Below, in pieces: positions 8,958-18,502 of a stretch of DNA of 64,000 nt; the stretch's first letter is position 1, and every line of letters starts with the position of its first letter. Source of the DNA: Sphingorhabdus sp. (GTDB lineage Bacteria > Pseudomonadota > Alphaproteobacteria > Sphingomonadales > Sphingomonadaceae); the NCBI RefSeq assembly GCF_036721295.1, contig NZ_DAIMLK010000014.1. One strand, 5' to 3'. A program made the translations under genes and the position numbers. The notes under the pieces were generated by a model. The model was not told where the DNA came from, did not search any database, and saw only the letters and a program-made list of their open reading frames with translations.

Positions 8958-9473
8958 ATGGCCATCAATACACCACCCGTGCCGGATGCGCGGTTGAATA
9001 TGAAAATCCGTAGCCTTTTTCTGGACCATTTGGCGCAGACGGCGAATGTGGCGGCGTCGGCGCGCGCGGCTGGGGTGACGAGCAGTGCAGTCTATGCCGA
9101 ACGGCGGCGCACGCCGGCTTTTCGCGACGCATGGGCGCTGGCTCTGGCGGAGGGCTATGCCCGGTTGGAGACCGATTTGCTGGCCGAGGCGCTGCAGACG
9201 CCAAGCGGACGCACCGGCGATGGCACGTTAAAGGCGCGGGCGCAAAAACATCGGTTGGCGATTGCCTTGCTCAGCACGCATCGTGCCGCGGTCAAGGGTG
9301 GCGCGCCTGTTGCGCCTGCGTCCAAGACCGCCCATCCCGATTTGGCGACGTTAAAGGCGCAATTGGTCCTGAAGCTGACGCACATGCGGCAACGCGCCCA
9401 AGACAATGCCGCGGCGCGGCCTGCACCCGAAACCGAACCCGAAATTGAGGGCGCACCACATGCCGATGCCTAA
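8958..9473 (+). CDS. Phage/GTA small-terminase-like HTH protein
   Basis: 171 aa starting at the ATG preceded by AGGAGG (8946-8951). FLDHLAQTANVAASARAAGVTSSAVYAERRRTPAFRDAWALALAEGYARLE matches the HTH N-terminus I associate with alphaproteobacterial GTA/phage TerS proteins. Confidence 0.6.
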   Translation: MAINTPPVPDARLNMKIRSLFLDHLAQTANVAASARAAGVTSSAVYAERRRTPAFRDAWALALAEGYARLETDLLAEALQTPSGRTGDGTLKARAQKHRLAIALLSTHRAAVKGGAPVAPASKTAHPDLATLKAQLVLKLTHMRQRAQDNAAARPAPETEPEIEGAPHADA

Positions 9474-9621
9474 CGCGCAGGCGTTGCTCGCCCTACCGTA
9501 TGAACAGATGGTTGAGGTCATCCGCCGCTGGACCCGGAAAAACATCGCCGACACACAGTGCTGGAATTTTTGGGCGCGCGATGATCAGGCGGAACCTTTG
9601 GAGGATTTATGTCCGCATTAG
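9460..9621 (+). pseudogene. Truncated N-terminal stub of a GTA/phage large terminase (53 codons)
   Basis: MPMPNAQALLALPYEQMVEVIRRWTRKNIADTQCWNFWARDDQAEP... carries the W-x-FWAR-x-x-Q-x-x-P motif that precedes the Walker A box in GTA-type TerL. The frame stops (TAG 9619-9621) before any ATPase motif. Its start overlaps the TerS-like stop. Confidence 0.5.
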
Positions 9622-10058
9622 AAACTGGGCGCCATCGCCTGCCGCTTTTGGCAGTGTCGCAGGCGCAGAAAGAAATCACACATAATGAAGCGCTCGTGAT
9701 GATTGATGCGCTGCTGCACATGGCGGTTGAAGCAGCCTTGACGGCGCCACCTGTGGTCACCGATAATGATATCGGTAAATCTTGGATTATTCATGGAGCA
9801 CCAACGGGGGTTTGGGCGAACAAAGCTGGGCAGGTCGCCTACTGGATTGGTGGCAGTTGGCGTTTTGTTTTGCCCCATGAAGGCATGCGGGTCTGGAACA
9901 AATCCACACGAAGACATAGCCTGTTCATATCGGGCCAATGGACCACCGCGCCCTCGGTGCCAAATCCAACCGGCGGCACTGCCGTCGACAGCGAGGCGCG
10001 CATGGCACTTGTGGCAATTTTACAATATTTCAGGTTGATAGGCATACTGGCAACATGA
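9609..10058 (+). CDS. DUF2793-like protein (GTA/phage-associated small protein)
   Basis: 149 aa with RBS GGAGGA (9600-9605). The N-terminal signature LPLLAVSQAQKEITHNEALVMIDALL, plus GMRVW and VDSEAR...IL, are typical of this alphaproteobacterial family as I recall it. Confidence 0.7.
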   Translation: MSALETGRHRLPLLAVSQAQKEITHNEALVMIDALLHMAVEAALTAPPVVTDNDIGKSWIIHGAPTGVWANKAGQVAYWIGGSWRFVLPHEGMRVWNKSTRRHSLFISGQWTTAPSVPNPTGGTAVDSEARMALVAILQYFRLIGILAT

Positions 10059-10154
10059 TCCCAGAACGCTGAAAAACGACACAAATATTATGATAAATCG
10101 GCGGAAATGGCGACATTTTAGCAACAGTATAGAGACATAGCGGCTTGCATCGAT

Positions 10155-10179
10155 GGAACAGAATTGGTAGACCTGCGTT
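10155..10179 (+). promoter_or_regulatory. EcfG (general stress response sigma)-type promoter candidate
   Basis: GGAAC (10155-10159), a 16-nt spacer, then CGTT (10176-10179). This is an exact match to the GGAAC-N16/17-CGTT consensus and lies about 40 nt upstream of the OmpA-like start. Confidence 0.4.
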
Positions 10180-10218
10180 CTCGAATTTCCGTTCCTAAGA
10201 TAAATAAGGGGAAAGTTG

Positions 10219-11340
10219 ATGCGTAAGTTAGCCATAAGTTTGGCGCTCGCTTCTACTGCTCTGGCGTCACCGGCTTTGGCCCGCGATAACCAGTGGTATG
10301 TCGGAGTTGATGGCGGTGCCATGATAGTAGAAGACCTCGCTTTGGATATTGCTGGCCTGAATGATGCGGCAACAGTAGATCCAGACAAGGGTTATGATTT
10401 CGGCGGCGTAGTGGGCTATGATTTTGGCGGTTTCCGTCTTGAATCAGAAGTCTCGTATCGTAAGGCTGATGTGACTGGCTTCACCAGCCAAGCTCCCCAG
10501 ATCACCAGCGGCGCAGGTACGACCTTGGCCCGTGGCGGCACATATGCCGTAGCTGGTAACGCAAATGCATTGAGCTTCATGGTCAATGGCTTGCTCGATT
10601 TCGGTGACGATGACGGCCTTCAGGGCTTTGTTGGCGGCGGCGTTGGTGTCGCACGCGTAGACATGCAGACCGTTTTGGCTGCCCCTGCATTCCTCGATGA
10701 TTCGGACACGGGTTTTGCATGGCAGGCACTCGCTGGCGTTCGCGCGCCATTGAGCGACAATTGGGATATCGGCCTGAAATATCGTTTCTTTAACGCCAAC
10801 AAGGTCAGCCTGGTCGATCGCCTTGGCCGTGCAGTGGACTCACGCTTCCGTTCGCACAGCGTGATGGGCAGCCTGGTTTACAACTTCGGCGGCGCACCTG
10901 CGCCTGTTGAAGTTGTTGCACCACCGCCACCACCTCCATATGTGGCGCCACCCCCACCACCGCCACCACCGCCGCCACCTGCGCCGGTTTGCAACATGGG
11001 TCCGTATATCGTGTTCTTCGATTGGGATAATTCGAACCTGCGTCCAGACGCGGCTTCGGTTCTCGACAATGCCGTTGCGCAATATGCGAACTGTGGCAGC
11101 GCGAAGGTGATGCTTGCAGGTCACGCCGATAAATCGGGTACTGCAAAGTATAACGTTGGCCTCTCGCAGCGTCGTAACGACACCGTTCGTACGTACCTTG
11201 AGTCCAAGGGCGTAACAGCTGGCGCGATTGCCACTGAAGCGTTCGGTGAAACTGCGCCATTGGTACAAACTGCAGATGGTGAGCGTGAACCACAAAACCG
11301 TCGTGTAGAAGTTACCTACGGTCCAGGTTCGGGAATGTAA
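10219..11340 (+). CDS. OmpA-family outer-membrane protein (beta-barrel, poly-Pro linker, OmpA_C peptidoglycan-binding domain)
   Basis: It has a signal peptide (ALASTALASPALA) and a Gly/aromatic-rich barrel region. The linker reads PPPPPPYVAPPPPPPPPPPPAP. The C-terminal OmpA domain carries GHADKSGTAKYNVGLSQRR...NRRVEV. I preferred the ATG at 10219 over the TTG at 10216. Confidence 0.9.
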   Translation: MRKLAISLALASTALASPALARDNQWYVGVDGGAMIVEDLALDIAGLNDAATVDPDKGYDFGGVVGYDFGGFRLESEVSYRKADVTGFTSQAPQITSGAGTTLARGGTYAVAGNANALSFMVNGLLDFGDDDGLQGFVGGGVGVARVDMQTVLAAPAFLDDSDTGFAWQALAGVRAPLSDNWDIGLKYRFFNANKVSLVDRLGRAVDSRFRSHSVMGSLVYNFGGAPAPVEVVAPPPPPPYVAPPPPPPPPPPPAPVCNMGPYIVFFDWDNSNLRPDAASVLDNAVAQYANCGSAKVMLAGHADKSGTAKYNVGLSQRRNDTVRTYLESKGVTAGAIATEAFGETAPLVQTADGEREPQNRRVEVTYGPGSGM

Positions 11341-11368
11341 TTCCCAATCTGATTTCAGGTTAAAAGAA

Positions 11369-11397
11369 AGGCTGGTCGAAAGACCGGCCTTTTTTTT
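11369..11397. terminator. Rho-independent terminator between convergent ompA-like and glnD genes
   Basis: AGGCTGGTC-GAAA-GACCGGCCT (9 bp, one G-U) is followed by T7, with an A-rich stretch on the left. Confidence 0.7.
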
Positions 11398-11435
11398 GCT
11401 CTACATGCGTGATCCCGCTCATGGCAGTGCCGAAT

Positions 11436-14198
11436 TTAGGCCGCAGCCTTTGCTTTGACGCGTGCCTTCACTGCTGCTGCTTCCAAAAGCCGAGCTTCCA
11501 GTGCTTTTAGCTTATTCTTGTTTTCGATTTTGCCGCCGAATAAATCCGTCACATAAAATGTGTCGACCGCGCGTTCCTCGTAAGTTGCGATATGCGCGCT
11601 GTGCAATGTCACTTTGGATTCAAACAGCGCGAGCGCCAAATTGTTGAGCAAGGCGGGACGATCCAGCGCATTTACCTCAATCACTGTAAACCGGTTGGAA
11701 GCTTGATTATCAATCAAGACAGATGGCGCGATTTTGAATGCATCGGCCCGGCGCAGCGCTTTCGGTTTTGCATCCAGTTGAGTCATCAAACGTGCGCGGT
11801 TGGTGAGCGCCTCTTCAATGATACGCTTGAGGCGGTTTAACTGGCTTTGTTCCTGAAAAGGACGGCCCAGCGGATCCTGAATAAGGAAATTGTCAACCGC
11901 CATGCCGTCACTGCTGGTGTGAATCCGCGCATCGATGATGTTCCCGCCCGCCAAATGAATCGCGCCAGCTATCCGGTAAAACAGCCCGGGATGGTCGGCG
12001 GCAAAAACCGTCACGAGCGTCGCGCCTCGATCGGGATAGAAACACGCATCAATGGCAAGTTCCGTGCCCGCATTGGAAAGAAGGTGCCGAGCGTTCCGCT
12101 CAATGATGTCATCGGGCTCCGCGATCCAATAGGCGTCGGGAAGCTTTTTGGCAAAAGTAGAGAATGTATCTGCGGGTAAGCGCAACGCTGACCCCAGCAT
12201 CGCTTTTTTCGAGGCAATTCGCTCGTCCCGACCGCGTTGCTTATGTCCCAAACGCAGCACTTCTTCGGTCGCTTCAAACAGGTCCGACAAAAGTTGTCGT
12301 TTCCAGCTATTCCAAACACCCGGCCCAACGGCGCGGATGTCCACGACGGTCAAGACCAATAACAGCTTCAACCGCTCAGGTGACTGGACGGCTTGGGCAA
12401 AATCCAAGATAGTCTTGAAATCCGCCAAGTCCCGCTTGAACGCAGTGGCCGACATCAAAAGATGGTAACGGACGAGCCAAGCGACGGTTTCGGTCTCGGC
12501 TGGTGAGAGACCAAGCCGTGGGCATAAGGTTTCGGCAACCTCCGCACCTAACACGCTATGGTCACCCCCACGTCCCTTCGCAATATCGTGGAGCAAGGTA
12601 GCCACAAACAAGACCCGCTTGCTGACAATCTGTTGCACAATAGCCGTAGACAGCGGGTGATCCTGCTTTAGCATGCCCCGATTGATATCGGCGAGCAATC
12701 CAATCGCGCGGATCGAATGTTCATCGACCGTGTAATGATGGTACATGTCGAACTGCATTTGCGCGACGACACGTCGGAAATCGGGAATAAATCGGCCAAA
12801 AACGGTGGATTCATTCATCCAGCGCAGCACGGTTTCCGGGTCGCGTGGCGACGTCAATATATCCAAGAACAAGGCATTGGCTCTGGGGTCGCGTTGTACC
12901 ATTTTGTCGACCAACCGGGCATCCCTTTGAGCTGCGCGCATCGCCAGCGGGTGAATTTCCAATTCATGCAGATCTGCCAAATGAAATATCTCGAGCAAAC
13001 GCACGGGGTCTTGCGCAAAAAAATTTTCATCCGGCAGCGCCAAGCGACCACGATCCAGTTGAAAGCCGTTTAGCTTTCGCGGTTTTCGACTAAAGCTGGG
13101 CAAGAAGCGACGACCCTTTTTGGCCATAGCTTCGTCCAAATGCGCAAGGAAAAGCCCGGTCACATCGCCAACCGTTTTGGCGTTCAAAAAGTAAAATTGC
13201 ATGAACCGTTCAACTGCCGAGCGTCCGGGGCGATCGGCAAATTGCATAAGCTCCGCAACCTCACGTTGCAGATCAAAAGTCAGGCGCTCTTCCGCACGCC
13301 CCGTGATATTGTGCATATGACAACGCACGGCCCACAAGAAATTTTCGGCTTTCCTAAACCTATTATATTCATCGACTGTTAGCAGGCCAACGTCGACAAG
13401 TTCCGACGCGGTGGACACTTTATGGATATATTTTCCAATCCAATAGAGGGTGTGGAGGTCGCGAAGCCCGCCCTTGCCATCCTTGATATTCGGCTCGACT
13501 ACATATCGGCTGTCCCCCATGCGCCGGTGCCGATCATCGCGCTCCATCATCTTTAGACGAACAAAGTCAGATGCTGTGTTGCCGACGACTTCATTCCAGA
13601 AACGCAGCGAAGCCTCTTCGTAAACGCCCCTGTCGCCCCAAACAAACCGGCTTTCCAACAAAGCGGTGCGAATGGTCAGATCCTCTTGCGCCATCTTGAC
13701 GGTTTCATCGAGGGACCTACTCGATTGGCCAACCTTCAACCCAAGATCCCACAGCAAATAGAGGATCGCTTCAACGACCTGCTCTGTCCATGAGCTGCGC
13801 TTAAATGGTGTTACGAAGGCGATATCCACGTCGCTGTGCGGGGCCATTTCGCCGCGGCCATATCCACCGACCGCCAGAACCGCGATTCTTTCGGATGCGG
13901 AACGGTTGGCAGCGGGATAAGCATGGACGGTGACATAATCGTAAATGAGCCGGACGATTTGATCGACGAGAAATGCTTGCTCCGCCGACGCACGATAGCC
14001 TTGCGACGGCGCGGCATTTAGGCGTCGTTGAATTTCTGCCCGACCGTTGGCCAGAGCTGCTTGCAATATCTCGACAACGCGTAGACGGCGTGCGGGGGCC
14101 TCGCATACGCGCACGATACCCTCGATTTGTTCGGTAAGCGCGCTCCGGTCGATAATGTCGCGCTGCTTGAATATCCGTTCTGCTGCTGATGCCATCAC
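11436..14198 (-). CDS. glnD: [Protein-PII] uridylyltransferase / uridylyl-removing enzyme
   Basis: 920 aa with a nucleotidyltransferase region (AVGGYGRGEMAPHSDVD), an HD domain (LLHDIAKGRGGDHS) and two C-terminal ACT-like repeats. Confidence 0.95.
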   Translation of the reverse strand: MMASAAERIFKQRDIIDRSALTEQIEGIVRVCEAPARRLRVVEILQAALANGRAEIQRRLNAAPSQGYRASAEQAFLVDQIVRLIYDYVTVHAYPAANRSASERIAVLAVGGYGRGEMAPHSDVDIAFVTPFKRSSWTEQVVEAILYLLWDLGLKVGQSSRSLDETVKMAQEDLTIRTALLESRFVWGDRGVYEEASLRFWNEVVGNTASDFVRLKMMERDDRHRRMGDSRYVVEPNIKDGKGGLRDLHTLYWIGKYIHKVSTASELVDVGLLTVDEYNRFRKAENFLWAVRCHMHNITGRAEERLTFDLQREVAELMQFADRPGRSAVERFMQFYFLNAKTVGDVTGLFLAHLDEAMAKKGRRFLPSFSRKPRKLNGFQLDRGRLALPDENFFAQDPVRLLEIFHLADLHELEIHPLAMRAAQRDARLVDKMVQRDPRANALFLDILTSPRDPETVLRWMNESTVFGRFIPDFRRVVAQMQFDMYHHYTVDEHSIRAIGLLADINRGMLKQDHPLSTAIVQQIVSKRVLFVATLLHDIAKGRGGDHSVLGAEVAETLCPRLGLSPAETETVAWLVRYHLLMSATAFKRDLADFKTILDFAQAVQSPERLKLLLVLTVVDIRAVGPGVWNSWKRQLLSDLFEATEEVLRLGHKQRGRDERIASKKAMLGSALRLPADTFSTFAKKLPDAYWIAEPDDIIERNARHLLSNAGTELAIDACFYPDRGATLVTVFAADHPGLFYRIAGAIHLAGGNIIDARIHTSSDGMAVDNFLIQDPLGRPFQEQSQLNRLKRIIEEALTNRARLMTQLDAKPKALRRADAFKIAPSVLIDNQASNRFTVIEVNALDRPALLNNLALALFESKVTLHSAHIATYEERAVDTFYVTDLFGGKIENKNKLKALEARLLEAAAVKARVKAKAAA

Positions 14199-14232
14199 GC
14201 GACCTTAGTCGCGATCCAGCATCATGTCTGCA

Positions 14233-15930
14233 TCAAGCAGATATTTTGGCATTATATTCGCGTCGTAGCGTTACCCGGTCGATTTTCTGCGTCCCTAGAC
14301 GGGGGAGTGGTTCGGCCACTTGCCAGAAATGCACAGGAATCTTGTATGGTGCAAGACGCGGGGCCAAAAACGCTTTCAGCTCATCTTCGGTGAGCGTGAC
14401 GCCATCCTTTGTGTAATAAACAATGCCGGGTACCTCGCCATATTTGTCATCAGCGATACCAAATACAGACAACTCGACAATTGCGTCATGTTCATAGGCC
14501 GCCGCTTCAACCTCGGGGCAACTGATATTCTCTCCGCCTCGGATGATGATGTCTTTCTTGCGATCGACGATGAATAAATAGCCGTCTTCGTCGAGATAAC
14601 CGATATCGCCGGTCCGGAAAAATCCATCGGCGGTGAAGGCATCGCGCGTGGCCTCTTCATTATTCCAATAGCCATTGAAATTGGCAATCGTCCGAATGCC
14701 CACTTCACCGCGTTCACCCTGCGGCAAGACATTGCCGTCATCGTCCAGCATTTGGACTTCGACGAGTGGCTTGGTCGCAGGACCAGTGCTGGTTGGCTTT
14801 TCCAGATAATTGTCGGTGAAGTTTCCGCAACCAACGCCGTTGGTTTCCGTCAGGCCGTAGCCCAATAATGGATAGCCCCAGCTCATTTCCTTGCGGATTT
14901 TTTTAACATGCTCGACAGGGCGCGGTGCGCCACCGGCGGCAAATGCGGTGCAACTTGTTAAATCATATTTGTGGCGGGCCGGGTGCGTCGCAAGTTCGAT
15001 GCTCATCAACGGAACGCCAACGAAATAAGTGATGCGTTCTTTTTCAATAATCCGCATCGCCTCTTCGGCGTCCCATTTGGGCATCAAAACAAGCTTGCGG
15101 CCAATGGCGAAGCTTTGGAGCACCAAAGGTATCGAAGCGGTGACATGGAACAATGGCACATTGACGAGCGCGGAGGGCTGCGCCGGCATCGTTTGCCCAC
15201 TGGCGGACATAAGCTCAAAGAAGACAAGCGTTTGACCCACATAGCTCATGGCGCCTTGGACGACAGCGCGGTGGTCTGACACCGCACCCTTTGACTGTCC
15301 GGTTGAACCAGAAGTGTATAATATCGTCGCATTATCGAGCGGGTCTAGCGTTGGTAGCGCTGTTGCTGCGCCGCCACCCAGTGCGGTCATTACCGATAAG
15401 CCATCCAAAGGCAGGGAATCATGGTTGATGATGAGTAGTTCGCAACCGCCTAGATCTTGTTCGGCCATTCGGGCGGCACGCTGTTCATCGGCGAGAACAA
15501 AGCGGCAGCCGACCATGCGAATGCCTTCAGCTAGCTCCCCGCCTTGCCACCAGCCATTGAGCAAAGTGGCAACACCGCCGGCCATCACAATTGCCATATA
15601 GGCAATGATCCAATTTGCCGAATTGCGCGCAGCAATGCCAACGCGTTCACCTTTTTGCAGCTTATGGCCTTCGACAAGGCCGCCTGCCAAGGCGCGCGCC
15701 GCACCATAAGTTTGTGCGAAACTTAAGCGGATGTCGCCATCTACCAAAAATTCCTTTTCGGCGTGGGTCGCGCAGAAAAATGCGAAATAGTCGGCCATGT
15801 TGCCTGGCGCTTTGGCGAAAACGGGCATTTGGATACCGTTTTTGTTGGCATATGTAATGGCCAAGGGGCCATCATTGGCCATGAGCCGTTCAATGGTGGC
15901 ATCGATTGCAAGGTCCAACTGTGACGGCAT
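14233..15930 (-). CDS. AMP-dependent synthetase/ligase (acyl-CoA synthetase family)
   Basis: 565 aa with adenylate-forming motifs ILYTSGSTGQSKG, GYGLTET, TGDIGYLDEDGYLFIVDRKKD and a terminal Lys context. Confidence 0.85.
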   Translation of the reverse strand: MPSQLDLAIDATIERLMANDGPLAITYANKNGIQMPVFAKAPGNMADYFAFFCATHAEKEFLVDGDIRLSFAQTYGAARALAGGLVEGHKLQKGERVGIAARNSANWIIAYMAIVMAGGVATLLNGWWQGGELAEGIRMVGCRFVLADEQRAARMAEQDLGGCELLIINHDSLPLDGLSVMTALGGGAATALPTLDPLDNATILYTSGSTGQSKGAVSDHRAVVQGAMSYVGQTLVFFELMSASGQTMPAQPSALVNVPLFHVTASIPLVLQSFAIGRKLVLMPKWDAEEAMRIIEKERITYFVGVPLMSIELATHPARHKYDLTSCTAFAAGGAPRPVEHVKKIRKEMSWGYPLLGYGLTETNGVGCGNFTDNYLEKPTSTGPATKPLVEVQMLDDDGNVLPQGERGEVGIRTIANFNGYWNNEEATRDAFTADGFFRTGDIGYLDEDGYLFIVDRKKDIIIRGGENISCPEVEAAAYEHDAIVELSVFGIADDKYGEVPGIVYYTKDGVTLTEDELKAFLAPRLAPYKIPVHFWQVAEPLPRLGTQKIDRVTLRREYNAKISA

Positions 15931-16005
15931 GTGATTCTCTCCTAAACTCTTTGTGAGTCTTCTATTTGGCTCTATAGGAATGTCAAAATATCCTGAGGAA
16001 ATATT

Positions 16006-16848
16006 GTGTCATTCGAGATTATTTCAACTGCTGCTGGCTATATTCAATTTACCGACCTTGGCGTGGGTCCGGTTGCGCTCGATTTGGGCTTCTTCCAAAT
16101 CCGCTGGTATTCGCTTGGATATTTGGTCGGCATTTTACTGGGCTATTGGATGTTGCTGAAATTGCTTGTCCGTCCGGGCGCGCCAATGTCACGCGAGCAA
16201 GCCGATGACATAATCCTCTACGCCACCTTGGGCATCATTTTGGGCGGGCGCATTGGATATATTTTATTCTACCAGCCATCCATTTTGCAAAACCCCATGG
16301 ACGTATTCAAACTGTGGGAAGGCGGGATGGCCTTCCATGGCGGCGCGATTGGTATCATATTTTCGATTTGGCTTTTGGCGCGTAAGCACAAGATATCTTT
16401 CTTGCGGGTCTGCGATTATGTCGCCTGCGTCGTGCCCTTTGGCTTATTCCTCGTGCGCCTCGCGAACTTCGTGAATGATGAACTTTGGGGCCGCGTAACT
16501 GACGTGCCATGGGCGATTGTTTTTCCCAATGGCGGGGATTTGCCACGCCACCCAAGCCAACTTTATGAAGCGGTGTTTGAAGGCTTGTTAATGGCAGCAA
16601 TATTGTGGCCATTATTCTGGAAAACCAATGCGCGATATTGGCCCGGATTCCTAACGGGTATGGCCGCAATCATTTACGGCACAGCACGGTTCTCCATCGA
16701 GTTTGTCAGGGAGCCAGACCAGCAACTGCAATGGCTGGTGGAAACAAGCGGCTTGAGCATGGGGCAGTGGCTCACCCTGCCGATGATATTGGTCGGACTG
16801 TTTTTGATATTCACCGCAGGTGCCCGCAGGCAGCGCGCTGAGTCCTAA
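16006..16848 (+). CDS. lgt: Prolipoprotein diacylglyceryl transferase
   Basis: 280 aa, polytopic, with Lgt motifs GGRIGY, GGMAFHGG and RHPSQLYEA. Confidence 0.93.
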   Translation: MSFEIISTAAGYIQFTDLGVGPVALDLGFFQIRWYSLGYLVGILLGYWMLLKLLVRPGAPMSREQADDIILYATLGIILGGRIGYILFYQPSILQNPMDVFKLWEGGMAFHGGAIGIIFSIWLLARKHKISFLRVCDYVACVVPFGLFLVRLANFVNDELWGRVTDVPWAIVFPNGGDLPRHPSQLYEAVFEGLLMAAILWPLFWKTNARYWPGFLTGMAAIIYGTARFSIEFVREPDQQLQWLVETSGLSMGQWLTLPMILVGLFLIFTAGARRQRAES

Positions 16849-16850
16849 CA

Positions 16851-17909
16851 GTGTCGTCTGACAGTGAGGAAGTCGCAGTCCGACTGAGGCAACAGATAGA
16901 GGCTTCAGGACCCATCAGCGTCGCCGAATATATGCGCGTGGCAAACACCGCATATTATGGGCGCGCTGACCCGCTGGGCGTAGAAGGGGATTTCATCACT
17001 GCGCCTGAAATCAGCCAGATGTTTGGCGAGATGGTCGGCATTTGGTTGAGCGACTTATGGTTGCGCCATCGCCCTGCTCGCTGCCATTATGTGGAGCTTG
17101 GCCCTGGCCGTGGAACTTTGGCAGCAGACGCGCTGCGTACAACGCAGCGTTTTGGGTGGGAGCCTTCTGTCCATTTTTTTGAAAACAGCCCTGCATTACG
17201 CGCCAAGCAGTTGCGGGCAGTGCCGGACGCCATATTCCATGACAATCTGGAAAGCCTCCCGACCGATGCGCCTTTGTTCATTGTGGCAAACGAGTTTTTT
17301 GACGCACTGCCGGTTCGGCAGATGGTTGCGACACAAGCCGGCTGGCGAGAAAGGGTCGTTGCTCGGAACAGTGAGGCGGGCTTTGCCGCAATGCCCGGCG
17401 CTACGGCGGCCGATGACCTTATCCCCGAACAATTTCGTTCTGCTGCCATGGGTAGTATTTACGAAATCTGTCCGGATGCATCTTCGATCGTGCAGCAGCT
17501 TTCGGCGAGGCTTGCAAAGCAAGGCGGGGTTTTGTTGGTCATCGACTATGGCTATATCTACCCTGCGTTGGGCGACACTGTGCAAGCGGTCGAGAACCAC
17601 AGATATGCCGACCCCTTCCATAATCCGGGCCAGATTGATTTAACCGCTCATGTCGACTTTTATGAATTGTCGAATTGCGCGAAAAACGCTGGTCTTTTGG
17701 TGGCTGGGCCCAACGACCAAGGCGCATGGCTTTCGGGTCTTGGGATTGACCGGCGCGCGCAAATTTTGGCGGCGTCCAATCCCAACAAGTCTGCAGAGAT
17801 CACCGCTGCGCGTCATCGACTGGTGGATCCCGACGCCATGGGGGCCTTATTCAAGGTCTTGGCTGCTTATGCCCAAGATTGGCCGCAGCCGGAGGGGTTC
17901 GGCCTTTAG
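16851..17909 (+). CDS. Class I SAM-dependent methyltransferase, DUF185/NDUFAF7 (MidA)-like
   Basis: 352 aa with a GTG start. It shows FITAPEISQMFGE and ELGPGRGTL, which are typical of the family. Confidence 0.8.
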   Translation: MSSDSEEVAVRLRQQIEASGPISVAEYMRVANTAYYGRADPLGVEGDFITAPEISQMFGEMVGIWLSDLWLRHRPARCHYVELGPGRGTLAADALRTTQRFGWEPSVHFFENSPALRAKQLRAVPDAIFHDNLESLPTDAPLFIVANEFFDALPVRQMVATQAGWRERVVARNSEAGFAAMPGATAADDLIPEQFRSAAMGSIYEICPDASSIVQQLSARLAKQGGVLLVIDYGYIYPALGDTVQAVENHRYADPFHNPGQIDLTAHVDFYELSNCAKNAGLLVAGPNDQGAWLSGLGIDRRAQILAASNPNKSAEITAARHRLVDPDAMGALFKVLAAYAQDWPQPEGFGL

Positions 17910-18502
17910 CCAGCCCAGTCGGCGATCTGCCCCGCAACATCATTCGCGGCGGCATTTAAAGCCGCGCCTGCCGGCGCGGGCGCAATCGTGGTTATGGGAC
18001 GGCGCGCCTCAAACCGGCGTTTTTCGGTTACGCTGCCGCGGATGATTTTGACCACGTCATAGACCACCACGGCCTCGCTCGTTTCGGCATCAATACCGAA
18101 TTCTAGCAGGCTTCCTGATATATAGCGCACTGCCTTGCCGCCTGCGTCCACTTCATTGAGGACAAGATTGCCGCTCTTGGCGGATACAGTTTCGGTTACC
18201 AACATCTGCATCAAGCGGGCGGGCTTATCCGCCCAAAATGCGTCCTTCAGATAGGCAATGCTGCTCGCGTCAATCTGAACCGGCACGCGATTGGTATCCA
18301 GCTTGCGCGGGACTTTTGGTATCTGGATAACTAAGGCGTCTGCCGCAGTTGCTGTTCGGGCAGTTCCGGCAGCTACGACATTGTCGGCCGTCAGGACCAA
18401 CATGGACGCTGGCGCCTTGCCGCCGAAGCTGACGCACGCGCCAAGGGCCACTATGAGAGATAATGCACATACGCGTGGGCCGGAAATTCTGCTGAACATC
18501 AT
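17906..18502 (-). CDS. ABC-type transport auxiliary lipoprotein (DUF330-like)
   Basis: 198 aa with a lipobox-like LGAC. It is the last gene of the Mla/Mce-type operon and has a 4-nt overlap with the upstream gene. Confidence 0.7.
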   Translation of the reverse strand: MMFSRISGPRVCALSLIVALGACVSFGGKAPASMLVLTADNVVAAGTARTATAADALVIQIPKVPRKLDTNRVPVQIDASSIAYLKDAFWADKPARLMQMLVTETVSAKSGNLVLNEVDAGGKAVRYISGSLLEFGIDAETSEAVVVYDVVKIIRGSVTEKRRFEARRPITTIAPAPAGAALNAAANDVAGQIADWAG

